Positions 34,410 through 45,466 of a stretch of 64,000 nt of DNA are shown piece after piece. The stretch lies in IMG/VR virus record IMGVR_UViG_3300015615_000196, positions 1-64,000 of that record. One strand, given 5' to 3'. The stretch is from a virus. Lineage: Duplodnaviria; Caudoviricetes. Below the pieces are notes generated by a model. It saw only the letters and a program-made list of their open reading frames with translations, had not been told where the DNA came from and made no database searches. A program made the position numbers and the translations under genes. Within the stretch, counting starts at the first letter, position 1; every line of letters starts with the position of its first letter.

Positions 34410-34460
34410 AGCTATAAATACAGAAAAAAAGGTGGCAGTATTTATGGGAAATTCTACGTT

Positions 34461-35165
34461 ATGCAATACACTGACAATCTTTTAAGTGTAGGCGAATTCT
34501 ACAATGAGGTTTTTGAAAAGAATACGATCTACCTACACCACACCGCAGGGGCACACAGACCCGATTTAGTTATCAACTATTGGGATGGCGATGACACCGT
34601 TGACGCAAAAACAGGAAAGAAAATTCCGTACCCGATTGCAACAGCCTATGTAATTGGTGGAGTATCAACCCGTGACAAGAATGACATCAAATATGATGGT
34701 AAAATCTATCGTGCATTCGATGACACTCTTTGGGCGCATCACCTTGGTACGACATACCCGAACAACCGTGCACTTAACAAGCAGTCAGTTGCAGTAGAAA
34801 TTTGTAACTACGGCCCTCTCAAGTTATCGAATGATGGCAAGTTTTACACTTACGTGCAGAGCATCGTTCCACCAGAGCAAGTGATAAAGTTGGACAAACC
34901 TTTTAGAGGTTTCACCTACTATCATGCGTATACGGACAAGCAGATTGCAGCTACGAAAGATTTCATTGTTGCAATGAAGGCAAAGTTTCCGAAAATTGAA
35001 TTAAAGTCTCCGCTTTTGACTGTCGAAGGTTTTGAGTTAAATGACAAGGCGAAAGCAGGAGTACCGGGAGTTTACTCTCACAGTAACGTTAGAACTGACA
35101 AGTTCGACCTTACGCCACAACCGAAAATGTTGGCAATGCTGAAAGAAGTATTGTCCCCTCTCTAA
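34461..35165 (+). CDS. N-acetylmuramoyl-L-alanine amidase (Amidase_2 type)
   Basis: IYLHHTAG, AVEICN, HSNVRTDKFD zinc ligands. Confidence 0.85.
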   Translation: MQYTDNLLSVGEFYNEVFEKNTIYLHHTAGAHRPDLVINYWDGDDTVDAKTGKKIPYPIATAYVIGGVSTRDKNDIKYDGKIYRAFDDTLWAHHLGTTYPNNRALNKQSVAVEICNYGPLKLSNDGKFYTYVQSIVPPEQVIKLDKPFRGFTYYHAYTDKQIAATKDFIVAMKAKFPKIELKSPLLTVEGFELNDKAKAGVPGVYSHSNVRTDKFDLTPQPKMLAMLKEVLSPL

Positions 35166-35193
35166 AAGTTTGACACAACTTTGACTCGGTTGG

Positions 35194-35221
35194 AACCCGT
35201 GCAGAAATGTGCGGGTTTTTT
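35194..35221 (+). terminator. intrinsic terminator after amidase
   Basis: AACCCGTGC-loop-GTGCGGGTT then T run. Confidence 0.7.
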
Positions 35222-35278
35222 ATTCTACGCAGATTATGCGGTGAATAAGGGGTCTATTCTACGCAAAATATGCGGTGA

Positions 35279-35734
35279 TTACCACCAGAGTCTCATGTAG
35301 ACTCTGCCAAATGATTTCATTCCTCTTTGGAATTCTTTCCATTCGGTTTTAGTCATCCAGCCACCATCGGTGTCTTTGATGGCCAATTCAAAAGCACGGA
35401 TTGCACGGTCAATGTCTTCGTAGAGTTCCCCTTCGTTGACGATAGTACCTTCAATGATTTCACGATGGCGTTTGAGACGTGGCAGAACAAAGTTTGCAAT
35501 GGTTGCGCTGAGACACCATGTTTCGGTATCGTCAAAACCACGTTCCATTCTTTGTTGTTGGAATCGTGGTTCACGTTCATCGTGTGGATCAGTCAACGAG
35601 AAGTTGATGTTCGGGATGTTGAGATATTTCGGATCAGCTTTTGGCGCAGTTGCCAAAGCAAATCTTGCTTTCACTTTTTCTGATGCAGTGAGTTCTTTTT
35701 TAGGCGTTGCTTTCTTTTTGGCCATAGAGTTCAT
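35279..35734 (-). CDS. hypothetical phage protein
   Basis: RGFDDTETWCL...C-terminal LWW. Confidence 0.75.
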   Translation of the reverse strand: MNSMAKKKATPKKELTASEKVKARFALATAPKADPKYLNIPNINFSLTDPHDEREPRFQQQRMERGFDDTETWCLSATIANFVLPRLKRHREIIEGTIVNEGELYEDIDRAIRAFELAIKDTDGGWMTKTEWKEFQRGMKSFGRVYMRLWW

Positions 35735-36314
35735 TCAATTTCGGAAACGCATCCGTATACTGTTTCAACGTAGGCCAAGTCTTGTCTCTTTTATTGAGAA
35801 TCATCTTGTCCCACTTGAGATCGTGTACTACCGTATGCAAGTTGTTTGCGATACGAAGTTCAGGATCGTGAGGATTTATTCCACCTTCATATTCTTTACT
35901 GTAGTAGTTATCACACTTGTACTGAAAGATTGCATGAGGTGAAAGCGTAAGAAATCCGTGTCCGAATCCTTTCGGTACAAACATCTGCTTACGGTTTTCA
36001 TCATTCAAAATTTCCATGTGTACATTACCATAGCTTCTTTCTTCTGGACGGAGATCGACAACAATGTCAAGCACCGAACCTGATACCACACGTACAAGTT
36101 TTGATTGTGCGTAGGCTCCATACTGAAAGTGGAATCCTCTGAATACATTTCTGTACGAGATAGATTGGTTCTCCTGTACGAATTTCACCGGATACCCAAG
36201 TGCACGGTCAAGAACATAGTCACGGTAAGTTTCAAAAAACAAACCACGATCATCTTCATAGATGACGGGTTCAAGAACAATCAGTCCTTTAAAACCAGTT
36301 TCGATTATGTTCAT
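35700..36314 (-). CDS. rfbC: dTDP-4-dehydrorhamnose 3,5-epimerase
   Basis: DDRGLFFE, RGFHFQ, QSKLVRVVSG, VVDLR, VPKGFGHGF, YKCDNYY. Confidence 0.95.
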   Translation of the reverse strand: MNIIETGFKGLIVLEPVIYEDDRGLFFETYRDYVLDRALGYPVKFVQENQSISYRNVFRGFHFQYGAYAQSKLVRVVSGSVLDIVVDLRPEERSYGNVHMEILNDENRKQMFVPKGFGHGFLTLSPHAIFQYKCDNYYSKEYEGGINPHDPELRIANNLHTVVHDLKWDKMILNKRDKTWPTLKQYTDAFPKLNELYGQKESNA

Positions 36315-38925
36315 TCAAGTTCTTTTTTATCGATTTGCGCTGGCATCCAGTGCGTTATATCCATCCAAGTTGATGTGATCGCACGATCCATCGGCCCCGG
36401 ATATTTTTCTACTTCAAACACTCCCCTGTATTCTGTTCCCTTCGTTTCAGTGTTGAAATAATTTCGTTTTACATATTTTGCTGCAACGAGCCTTTTACCG
36501 TTGTAGCCAATTACGTCTTGGTTTTCTTCTGGAAGACTTTCGGTTATTGGAATGAGTCTCATAGGATATACTTGCTTTCTAAGTTGATACCGCACATTTT
36601 GCAGAATTCAATGAAGTCCGCATATGTGAAGTCGTTTTTAAAATATACCACAAGTTCATATCTGTCATGTGGGAAGATCAATGTTTGATCATCGTCAATT
36701 GAGATAATGTGAACTTTGTTTTTAACCTTGTCATGCACTTCAATTTCAAATGCCCAATCCTTGTGACTGCAAGGATAACCGCCACCACAATCACAAGAAT
36801 CATAGTTTACCTTCACGTTGGTGAAGAGCAATTCTGATTTTGCCTTGTAGTATTTTTCGACTTGTTCATCGTAGATGCTTTGCGACATGATCTCTTTATC
36901 GCTTTCAGCAGGAAGCCACAATTGATTCATGTCCATTCTGGACAAATCATTGGTATCGAATGGGATTTTGAAAAAGTCCATTTGTTCGTAGATTTTTGGT
37001 TTGTATTCTCCGTGTTGGAGAACCGTCTTCATTTCAGTAGTGTTGTCCATCTATAAAATCTTGAGGGTCGTGTCCTTCTTTTATTTTTTGACTCGGTGGG
37101 GGTGTTGTATCCACAGGCCCACGTTCTCCTTTGGGTCTTTCTTCAATTTCCACAATTACCACTTGGTCTTTCTTTTTCAAGATGTTTAAAATCGCGAAAT
37201 GAAGTTGAAGCAATTCAGCACCAAGCGTGGCGAACAATGAAAGAATGATTGCAATGGATGACTTCATATCAAAACTCAACACCCAATTAAACGGCTTCAA
37301 CATTAACATAAAGAACAGGTAGAAGACTACCATGATTAAGAAGTTCCTTACGAAGTATGTTTTCAGCAATGCTTTCATGCAAGAGGTTTGAAACGTTCAG
37401 TTATCGATTCTTTCTCTTCTTCGTTGTCGCTTTGATCCAACATAATGAAATATTCAATCACTACTTCGGCAGCAAAATTTTGAGCATAGTGTTCTCCATC
37501 CTTGCTACGGATGTTAAGCGGTGAAACAGATTCAAGAATCCAGTTGTACTTTTCTAAGAGTACAGCAATGTCATCGTAATTCATTTGCGTTTTTAAGTTT
37601 CGGTTCTTCTTTCTTCGTAAAGCCGAAGAGATTACCAATAAATTTAATGACGTGCCAAATTGCCCAAATTGCAACAACTCCGAATCCGATGGAGATTAGA
37701 GCGATGACACTTACGTGTAAATTTGCAGCTAAGTCTTGTGGGTCTATCATATTACCATTTTCCTTTGGTGACGTTTACAGCAGGATCAGAAATCTTTGCA
37801 TGATCTTTCGGAAAAATTTTCTTGGCGTTTTCACGTTGCATGAAAATTCTTTCGATACCACCAACGAGAAAATCCTTCAACACTTCGTAGTGAACAAAGT
37901 CTGGTTGTGATGGATCGTCAACGGCAATGACATCTTTCGAATAGATCGGATCGTTGTCCTGAAAAATTGTGATGTTGTAGGAGAAGCCAATTTTCTTGAC
38001 TTCGTATTTGAATGCTGTGTTGTACTTGAGACTCAATCTCCCAAGCACGTTATCAACTAACAGTATGTAGGGGTCTTTCTTGTCCATAGTACAAATATCT
38101 TATGGACAAAGATAATGATTTTTTAGAGTATTGCAATTCTGTTGATATAAAACTTTGTGTCTTTTTCAACGTTCAAAACCTCTGTAATCGAATAGATTAC
38201 GTCTAAGGTTTGGGTTTTGACAAGAATCAATCCTGAACGTCTGAACACATTTCTGATCTCAACGTTCGAGCATTTGGTAAGCTGCGTTAAGACAGAATCA
38301 ATGTTTTCATTCAATACTCGCAAATTATAATTTGCTGCTGCTATGGACATAGGTCTGGCCGTTATAATATATTATAAATACCAAACCAGACAGGCTTTGG
38401 TCAAATAGCCTTAACTGACCTTACCAAAGCGGTTTTTAACTACTTTGGTACGTCCATCCGTATCGACAAATACAACCACATCGTCAGTGAGCATTACTCC
38501 GGTCTGAGCCAAATGAAAATATTTCCATTCGATAACTTCGAAAGGAAAACCAGCGTAAATGTCGAGAAGGTCTTTCCTCTCCAACAGTAGTCCTTGAAAT
38601 GATTTCATTTGTTGTATTTCTTTTTTAGTCTTTCCAATTCAGCCAATTCTTTCGACTCGTTTTCCTGTCGTTTAATTTCGGCAGCTTCTTTGTCGAATTG
38701 TGCATACCAAGTATTCACATCGACTTCGTAAGAGGCTTTCACTTCGTAGAACATGATGTTGCTCAACTTTGTCTCTTCGTGGTTGTTGTTCTCCTTGACG
38801 TATTTCTTGAGAAACTGAGTTGCTTCGGCAGAAGTCTCTGCATCAAATTTAATGGTCTTCACACCACATCCAATTGTGTAATCACAACCTTCTGCTTCTT
38901 GTTTTAGTATTGCAACGAATTTCAT
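36311..38925 (-). other. run of hypothetical ORFs (36311-36561 DUF551-like, 36559-37050, 37034-37378, 37375-37584, 37752-38087, 38123-38350, 38411-38608, 38605-38925)
   Basis: Coupled minus-strand ORFs; ITHWMP end typical of DUF551. Confidence 0.7.
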
Positions 38926-39695
38926 GCTTCTTGTTTTTTGTAGTAGTTAATTATTCTCTTGAATTGCTTTTCCAGATCAAGGTCTTTCTTATTTAATTTT
39001 CTGTGATAAGACGTGAGTACCACACCGCTCATGTCATCTGCATGATTAATGCCGTGACTTTCAAACCATGCATTCAATGCTGGTTTAACTTGAGGGTAGG
39101 TATCATCGTTTTCATTAACAGAATTCTTTGCGTAGTTCTCTGACCACCACAAACGCCATCTGTTACGAATCCACATTCCCAACGTCATATGGGCAAGTCC
39201 CATCATTTCTTTTTCAGGACAGGTCTGGAAGGCTTCTTTGTCTTGAAGGAATTTATCCAGATATGCAAATGCTTCATCGAGTGTTTCAGGTTTGTAATCA
39301 ACGTGCATGATCTGTCTCTGAATTCTTTTTTGAAGAAGCTGATAACGTTCCAGCGTTTTAAATTCTCTTGCTCTCTCAGAGAACAAAATATATTCTCTGT
39401 TGGATTGCTCATACTCCGACATCGCAATCTCGTCCTGAATTTCTTTTGCCCACTGATCCTTTGTCAAGTCGATGATCGTACCATCTGAAATCACGTTCCA
39501 GTAATGATGATGTTTTTTATTGTAGAGGATCAATCCTCCAAAGAAGTCATTCACGATCAATGCAGTTACTGCACAGTGTCCGAAACTTGGATTCTCCCGT
39601 GTCCATTTATCTTTGTTTGCCGGAAAACTTGTATCGCTGTCCCATGCATTCAGGAACAGTCCACGTAAGTTTTCAATGTCAACACTTTCTTTCAT
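38922..39695 (-). CDS. YunG-like domain fused to DUF6794-like domain
   Basis: NPSFGHCAVTALIVND...HYWN...IDLT; HMTLGMWIRNRWRLW...HADDMS. Confidence 0.6.
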   Translation of the reverse strand: MKESVDIENLRGLFLNAWDSDTSFPANKDKWTRENPSFGHCAVTALIVNDFFGGLILYNKKHHHYWNVISDGTIIDLTKDQWAKEIQDEIAMSEYEQSNREYILFSERAREFKTLERYQLLQKRIQRQIMHVDYKPETLDEAFAYLDKFLQDKEAFQTCPEKEMMGLAHMTLGMWIRNRWRLWWSENYAKNSVNENDDTYPQVKPALNAWFESHGINHADDMSGVVLTSYHRKLNKKDLDLEKQFKRIINYYKKQEA

Positions 39696-39943
39696 CTTAT
39701 TTGTGATTGAATTTAATTGATGGCATAAAGCCAATCGTAACTTTCTCTTTTGTTCTGTGCTGTTTGAGGAATTTGAAAACGATCATTGCCAGTGCAGCAC
39801 CGCCCCACGATCCGATTGCCCACCAGATACTACCGTTGCCGATTGCAGCAAGTAGTGCAAAGGGAACGATACACGCTCCGATGTTTGCAATGATCAAACA
39901 AATCTTTTCTGGAAGCGGAGATATTCTGATCAAGTCCAGTATG

Positions 39944-40414
39944 TTATTTACTTTCTGGTTCTGTTCCGGTGTCATCTTTTTTCTCTTCGTTCTTTTCTTC
40001 TTCAATTGATTTTAATTCCAACTCGGCTAAGTTCGCCACCGTAAGAAGGGTGGTGTATGCTTGTCCAAGTCCTGCACGGTCATCCAAAAAAATGTTGGCG
40101 TAGATTTTCCCGTTGTTGCCGTACTGCATATCAATCACATTTTGATTGATGCCGTCAACTTCAATTCCATTCTTCTGAAAGAATTCTTTAATGAACGGGT
40201 AGCGTTCAACTTTGGATGCGGTGAAGACCACGACATAGAAACCCAACTCTTTACATTTCTTCAAGAGATTGAGTACCATCGTGTGTGAGGTGTTTCGGTT
40301 ATGGGTATCGTAGACTGTTTCATCGAAATCACAGGCCACAATCAGTTTGGGGTGCTTTTTCCACTCGTTAAAGAGTCGGACAACAGCATTATCGGTTTTA
40401 AAATAGGTATCCAT
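39944..40414 (-). CDS. HAD-superfamily hydrolase
   Basis: ACDFDET, VVFTA, KIYANIFLDDRAG. Confidence 0.8.
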   Translation of the reverse strand: MDTYFKTDNAVVRLFNEWKKHPKLIVACDFDETVYDTHNRNTSHTMVLNLLKKCKELGFYVVVFTASKVERYPFIKEFFQKNGIEVDGINQNVIDMQYGNNGKIYANIFLDDRAGLGQAYTTLLTVANLAELELKSIEEEKNEEKKDDTGTEPESK

Positions 40415-40503
40415 ACGGTTTCCAAATTTAGGAAATTTCCTAATATCTGGTTAGAATTTGTCCAGTTTTTTTTCGACCTTTGAATCCTTAAATTTAAAGG
40501 CTT

Positions 40504-41334
40504 ATGAAAGACGATCTTGGCGACCGAATGAAAACCTACTACGAAGACCGTACACGGATTTCATTGCCCCGTAGAACCTTTACCATTATCCGTATTGATG
40601 GTAAGGCATTCCACACCTACACAAAGGGTCTTACCAGACCATTTGATAACGATCTCATTGATGACTTGAATGAGACCACTAAGTTCCTGTGCCAAAGCAT
40701 TCAAGGAGTAAAGATGGGCTATGTTCAGTCAGACGAGATTTCGTTGGTGTTGACGGATTTCGAGAAACATTCAACTGATGCTTGGTTTGATGGCAATCTT
40801 CAAAAAATGGCCTCAATCTCAGCAAGTATGGCAACATCGAAATTCAACCAATTGAGAACGGTGCGTTTCTTGAGAAATACGATGCACACCTTATACTTGG
40901 AGAAGTTCAAGATGGCACATTTCGATAGCCGTGTGTTCACCATTCCATCATTGGAGGAAGTGATCAACTACTTTATTTGGAGACAGCAAGATGCTTCTCG
41001 CAACTCGGTATCGTCTGTTGCTCAGTCTTTGTATTCACACAAAGAATTGAACGGTAAGACTACCAGTGATATGCAAGAATTGATTTTCCAGAAAGGTCAG
41101 AACTGGAACGACTTTCCTGCTGGTCAGAAGCGTGGCCGTACCATTGTGAAGAGAACCGTTGTCGTTCCTACTACGAAGGATATTGTTGAGAAAGCACGAG
41201 ACAAATCAGCTTTCGTATGGGATGATGTGAAGGGTTATGGAATCAACCGTAACCAGTGGGTGATTGAAGAACCACCGATTTTCACAGAAGACAAGGATTA
41301 TATCCGATTGACAGTAATGAAAAAGGAGGCGTAA
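40504..41334 (+). CDS. tRNA(His) guanylyltransferase Thg1-like protein
   Basis: IRIDGKAFH, YVQSDEISL, HFDSRVF, YFIWRQQDASRNS. Confidence 0.95.
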   Translation: MKDDLGDRMKTYYEDRTRISLPRRTFTIIRIDGKAFHTYTKGLTRPFDNDLIDDLNETTKFLCQSIQGVKMGYVQSDEISLVLTDFEKHSTDAWFDGNLQKMASISASMATSKFNQLRTVRFLRNTMHTLYLEKFKMAHFDSRVFTIPSLEEVINYFIWRQQDASRNSVSSVAQSLYSHKELNGKTTSDMQELIFQKGQNWNDFPAGQKRGRTIVKRTVVVPTTKDIVEKARDKSAFVWDDVKGYGINRNQWVIEEPPIFTEDKDYIRLTVMKKEA

Positions 41335-41347
41335 ACCTCCTTTTTTT
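41321..41347. terminator. bidirectional intrinsic terminator between convergent genes
   Basis: A5-GGAGG-loop-CCTCC-T7. Confidence 0.75.
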
Positions 41348-43040
41348 ATTTTGGGCCGTACTTCTTGTACAATTCGTCTCGAAATACAAGTTGAGACAAT
41401 CCGTAGACCTTGCATGAGTCTTTGAACTCAATCGACTTCATATCATTCCAGACTAAGCATTCACCCCACGATACTGCCTTATAGTAACAAGTGTAGTTAT
41501 CGATCTGAGTTTTTACTCTGATCTGGTAACGAATATAATCGCAGTCCTCAAAGTACCTGCAAGAATTCGTTGCGAAAAAAATTAACAGGTATGGGAATAT
41601 CTTCTTTAACATGTCACAATCGGGCCAGTTAAAGTGCATCCACATATCCCACTACCACCATTGGCTGGATTACAGCCACAACGTTCAGCAATTCCTGCAC
41701 GTTTTTCCATTTCTTCATCGATCCATGATTTCTGCTTGAATGGCTTAATCGCTGGCATCGGAATCATCGGATAGCTTGGCGTAGGTGATGGAATGTATTG
41801 AATTTCCTTTTCTTCTTTCTTGCGAAGCAGTGCTGCTTCGTCACGAGTGATTTTACCCTCGTTTAAGAGTCTGGTAATAAGACTCTCTTTGCTTGCATCC
41901 ATTTCTCATAACGGATTAAAATAAAGTGATGGGGATTTCTTTCTTTACATTCCCCGCATCCCAAACACTAAAGAACTGACTTTTGTTCTTGTCGCTGATC
42001 AGAATGTTTCCTTTCAATTGTAAATACCCCTTCAAAACTAAATTGTAATGACGGATGATTTCAATAAAGATACTGATGATACTTCCGGCAAAGCGACCAA
42101 CGGGCATATCAACGTCCATTTCAATGCTGTAGAGAGACACGGCATTGTAGGCCATAATCTTTTCTTCCAGTGTAATAGCGTTTAAATCCTGACGAAGGGC
42201 TTTGTAGTAGTAGGATTCGACCAGCTTGACGATCTCGTCAAATTCGTTCGTTTGAGTTGAGTAGTATACCAGCCAGTCCTGAAATGACTTTATCTTTTTC
42301 TCTTGAAGATCGTTGCAAATTTCGGAAAAAAGGAACTTGGCCAACTTATCTTCCCTGTCAGGGGAAGCATTGATGGTATCAGCATAGAATGCGTTAAATC
42401 GCTCCTTTATTTGGTCGATGTTACTCTTCATATACACCCTTATACGTAAAAAGGGGCTATTTGTTGCTCTTTTTCTTGACCTCTACAAAATCGGCTATGA
42501 TCATTAATTTCAGCCTGTTTTTAGGGTCAGAAAGGTTTTCAAGAACCCAACAAAACTCTTTGGAATCGTAGTCGATGCGATATTCCTCCCCCTTATACAT
42601 AACTACATCCCGGTAGAAAAGTTTCTTGCCGTTCTTGTCTGTGTACTCGGTTTGGACTGCATTAACGAACACGGGTTTAACCGTGCTATTCATTGGAATG
42701 CCCCCTTCCTTTATGCGGATGTGATCAAAAAGGTGATCGTTTTCTGGTCGCAAATATGGATGCTTACCAGCATTAGAACTTACTTTGTTCATTGATTTAC
42801 ACCCCCCGCAAATGATACAAACATCTTATCCATGATTTCATCTAATTGAAACTCATTGATGATTGCATCCTTCTTTAACACAATGGCTGTCTTGATGGGT
42901 GTTGAAAATTTTTGATTCGATAATCGAACCAACTTGAATCTATGGTACTCTGCTCTTCCTCTTGTTTCTTCCTCCACTATGAACTCAACATGTGGAAACT
43001 CTAATTTTAATTCGGCTAAAACATCGACTACATCGTACAT
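41346..43040 (-). other. hypothetical ORFs (41346-41612, 41606-41902, 41916-42437, 42457-42792 YopX-like, 42789-43040)
   Basis: Packed ORFs; 42457-42792 has QTEYTDKNGKKLFYRDVV YopX-like motif. Confidence 0.65.
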
Positions 43041-43045
43041 GAATT

Positions 43046-44290
43046 CTATTTGTTAAATCGGTTGAACGCATTAGTTGTGATCAAGGTATAATCTACTTTT
43101 CCAACGAAGTTGCGTAAACTGTTTGCGTTGCAGTAACTCATTGTACTTCTCAGATAATCCTCGAAATTTTTTGTCCACTGTTCAAGAGTATACTCCACAG
43201 TCAACCTTCTAACAACACCCTCAGAAGTTTTCAGTACTTTGTTGCCCAATGCTCTTTGTGCACCTTTCGTACTCATGCCTCTGAATTCTTTCTTTATTGT
43301 GAATCCTCTCTCGTACAAAAACTTTGCAATAGTAGGATTTATTTTGATACCACGCCAATAATTTTGACCAGAACTTTCAAGTGCTTTGGTGAACATACTG
43401 CCAACCATCACATAATCAGCACCAAGCGCAAGTGCTTTTATTATGTCAGAATATTTTTTCATTCCACCATCGGCAACAATCTTCACTGGATTCTTGTGTT
43501 TTTGTTTTATTGCATTACATTCTGCAATCAAACTTGCCATCGGATAACCTACTCCCGTTTGTTGGGTGGTTAAGCAACCATTACCGTTGCCGATACCAAC
43601 ACGAGCATAATCGATTATGCCGGAGTCACAATACACTTGATATGTTTGAGGATTGGCAATGTTACCTGCCATGATCTTCACTTGCGGATATTTCTTCTTG
43701 ACCTTTACACACCATTCCAATACCATGCTCATGTGACCATTGGCAATATCCAATAGTACATGTTTAACGTCAGTGAAGTCCGGGATTTCATTCAAACCAT
43801 ATGAGGTGAATGTGCCGTTAATCATATTCTTGTTGGAAGTTCTCGGCAGAACTACTCCAATTTTATTTTGAGAAAACTGATATGCATTATGGAGCGAAAC
43901 TACCGTGTCCATCGGAGCGGTGAACAAAGGGAGAACATCCTGATCCCAACCAAAATCTGTTTTGTGGTAAGGGTTAATTAAGTTTCCTTCGTATCGACTA
44001 CGGATATTCGTTTGTGCTTTTGGAATGAGCGTGATGTCATCAAAGTCGAATCTTACTCCTGATCTCAAGCCCTGCAATTGCATCGAACCAATTTCAATTG
44101 TTGGTACAGGCGGTATCGGAGTATCAATTAACTCCTTCGGTATTTCACTGTGAGAAACAAATTGCTCTGTAAGTGTTTCATTTGCAGGAGATTCAATTCC
44201 TTGATTCGGCATTTTCACATCTATGCTTTTGTCTTGCACAGACATGCTTCTGTCCCCGTTGGGGTCTTTCAACTTGTGCGATGAAGCCAT
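43046..44290 (-). CDS. GMP reductase / IMP dehydrogenase family protein
   Basis: FDDITLIP, APMDTV, DIANGH, MAGNIA, RVGIGNGNGCLT, VADGG, KALALGADYVMVG, FRGMST, SEG. Confidence 0.92.
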   Translation of the reverse strand: MASSHKLKDPNGDRSMSVQDKSIDVKMPNQGIESPANETLTEQFVSHSEIPKELIDTPIPPVPTIEIGSMQLQGLRSGVRFDFDDITLIPKAQTNIRSRYEGNLINPYHKTDFGWDQDVLPLFTAPMDTVVSLHNAYQFSQNKIGVVLPRTSNKNMINGTFTSYGLNEIPDFTDVKHVLLDIANGHMSMVLEWCVKVKKKYPQVKIMAGNIANPQTYQVYCDSGIIDYARVGIGNGNGCLTTQQTGVGYPMASLIAECNAIKQKHKNPVKIVADGGMKKYSDIIKALALGADYVMVGSMFTKALESSGQNYWRGIKINPTIAKFLYERGFTIKKEFRGMSTKGAQRALGNKVLKTSEGVVRRLTVEYTLEQWTKNFEDYLRSTMSYCNANSLRNFVGKVDYTLITTNAFNRFNK

Positions 44291-44292
44291 GA

Positions 44293-44790
44293 TTAAGCGA
44301 GTCTGAACTTAGATAAGAATTCCTTTAGCAGGAAATTTTTTTCTCCACCGATTTGCTGTTTGAATGCTACTTCATCGAAGATGATGTGTATTGCAGGAAC
44401 AACTTCCATTGTACCATACTTAATAGGCTTCAACGCTGCTGCTGCATCGGGATACTTCTCACGATTCCAGATACGTTCATCTGCCAAGAAACAGAATGCA
44501 GTCATGCCGTTGTAGAGATCGGGTTCTTTGAAGAACGCAAGATCAACAATTTGATTATCGACCAAGTAACGGAAATGTTCGTTCAATGAAATTGATGAAC
44601 CACCATTTAGAATAATGATGGTTTTATCGCGTCCAGCCCAAGTCTGGTATTCTTCGGTATGACCGAATGCTCGTGCATGTTCAACAATTGCGTGAGCAGC
44701 TTGAATGCCCTGTTGAATTGGACTGAGGTTGTATAGAACAATGACATACATTCTTTGTTCTAACGGAGTGGCTTCTTTTTGTTCGTCCAT
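44293..44790 (-). CDS. Pth2-like peptidyl-tRNA hydrolase family protein
   Basis: MYVIV...SPIQQGIQAAHA...KTIIIL...FKEPDL...TA. Confidence 0.65.
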   Translation of the reverse strand: MDEQKEATPLEQRMYVIVLYNLSPIQQGIQAAHAIVEHARAFGHTEEYQTWAGRDKTIIILNGGSSISLNEHFRYLVDNQIVDLAFFKEPDLYNGMTAFCFLADERIWNREKYPDAAAALKPIKYGTMEVVPAIHIIFDEVAFKQQIGGEKNFLLKEFLSKFRLA

Positions 44791-44791
44791 T

Positions 44792-45271
44792 TTAAATATG
44801 GATTTCTCTCAAGTTATTCCCGACCATTGCACCAGCAATATCAAAGTCAACATCGAAGTCACCGTGTTCATCCCAAAATCCACCGCCTCTGTATGTTATA
44901 TCTATAATCAGATATTCAGCAGATGGTAGTATTCTGAAAAGATCATCACGAGTGTGCTTGGTGAAGTGATCCAGATAAGGGCGAAGATCGACATTTTTTA
45001 CCATATCTTCAAGTCCCATGTTCGATAATTCTTCGCTCAATAGTTTGTCTACTGTGGCGACATCGAACAGGATCAAAGATTCCTCGCCATCATCAGTAAA
45101 TTGAAGCCAATAATCTGCATTGTGAATTTTACCTTCACTATCAATACAAAATTTTGGCAATACACTGGTTAAATAGCGATCATGGGAAAACTGCTTCCGT
45201 AGTTGCCCGATCTCGTTCCCTGTCATTTGATAGACCTCAAGGGAAAGAAGTGTTCTGTGTTTAGTTCTCAT
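44792..45271 (-). CDS. hypothetical protein
   Basis: Co-directional ORF. Confidence 0.7.
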   Translation of the reverse strand: MRTKHRTLLSLEVYQMTGNEIGQLRKQFSHDRYLTSVLPKFCIDSEGKIHNADYWLQFTDDGEESLILFDVATVDKLLSEELSNMGLEDMVKNVDLRPYLDHFTKHTRDDLFRILPSAEYLIIDITYRGGGFWDEHGDFDVDFDIAGAMVGNNLREIHI

Positions 45272-45274
45272 AGT

Positions 45275-45466
45275 AAATGAAATGAGCGTACCCTGAATTC
45301 TGTTCTATTGTGTCATTTATCTGTTTGCAGCAACCCGATTAATAGGCTTGGTCAACCCTAATCTGTTAGCCTTGCATCTTCGCGGTGATAACGGCTTTCG
45401 CCTCCCGCAAGCCAAATTGATGTTCAAAGTTCCTCTCCGTAGAGCGACACATCCTCTGTTTCATTT
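45275..45466 (-). ncRNA. rnpB: minimal RNase P RNA (catalytic domain, reduced specificity domain)
   Basis: GAGGAA-CUUUGAA / ACAGAA-UUCAGGG-UA (P4), UGUGUC/GACACA (P2) after AGAUAAAU, P3 CUCU-ACGG-AGAG, P5 CAUC/GAUG followed by CAAG, P1 AAAUGAAA..GAG/CUC..UUUCAUUU. Confidence 0.85.
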
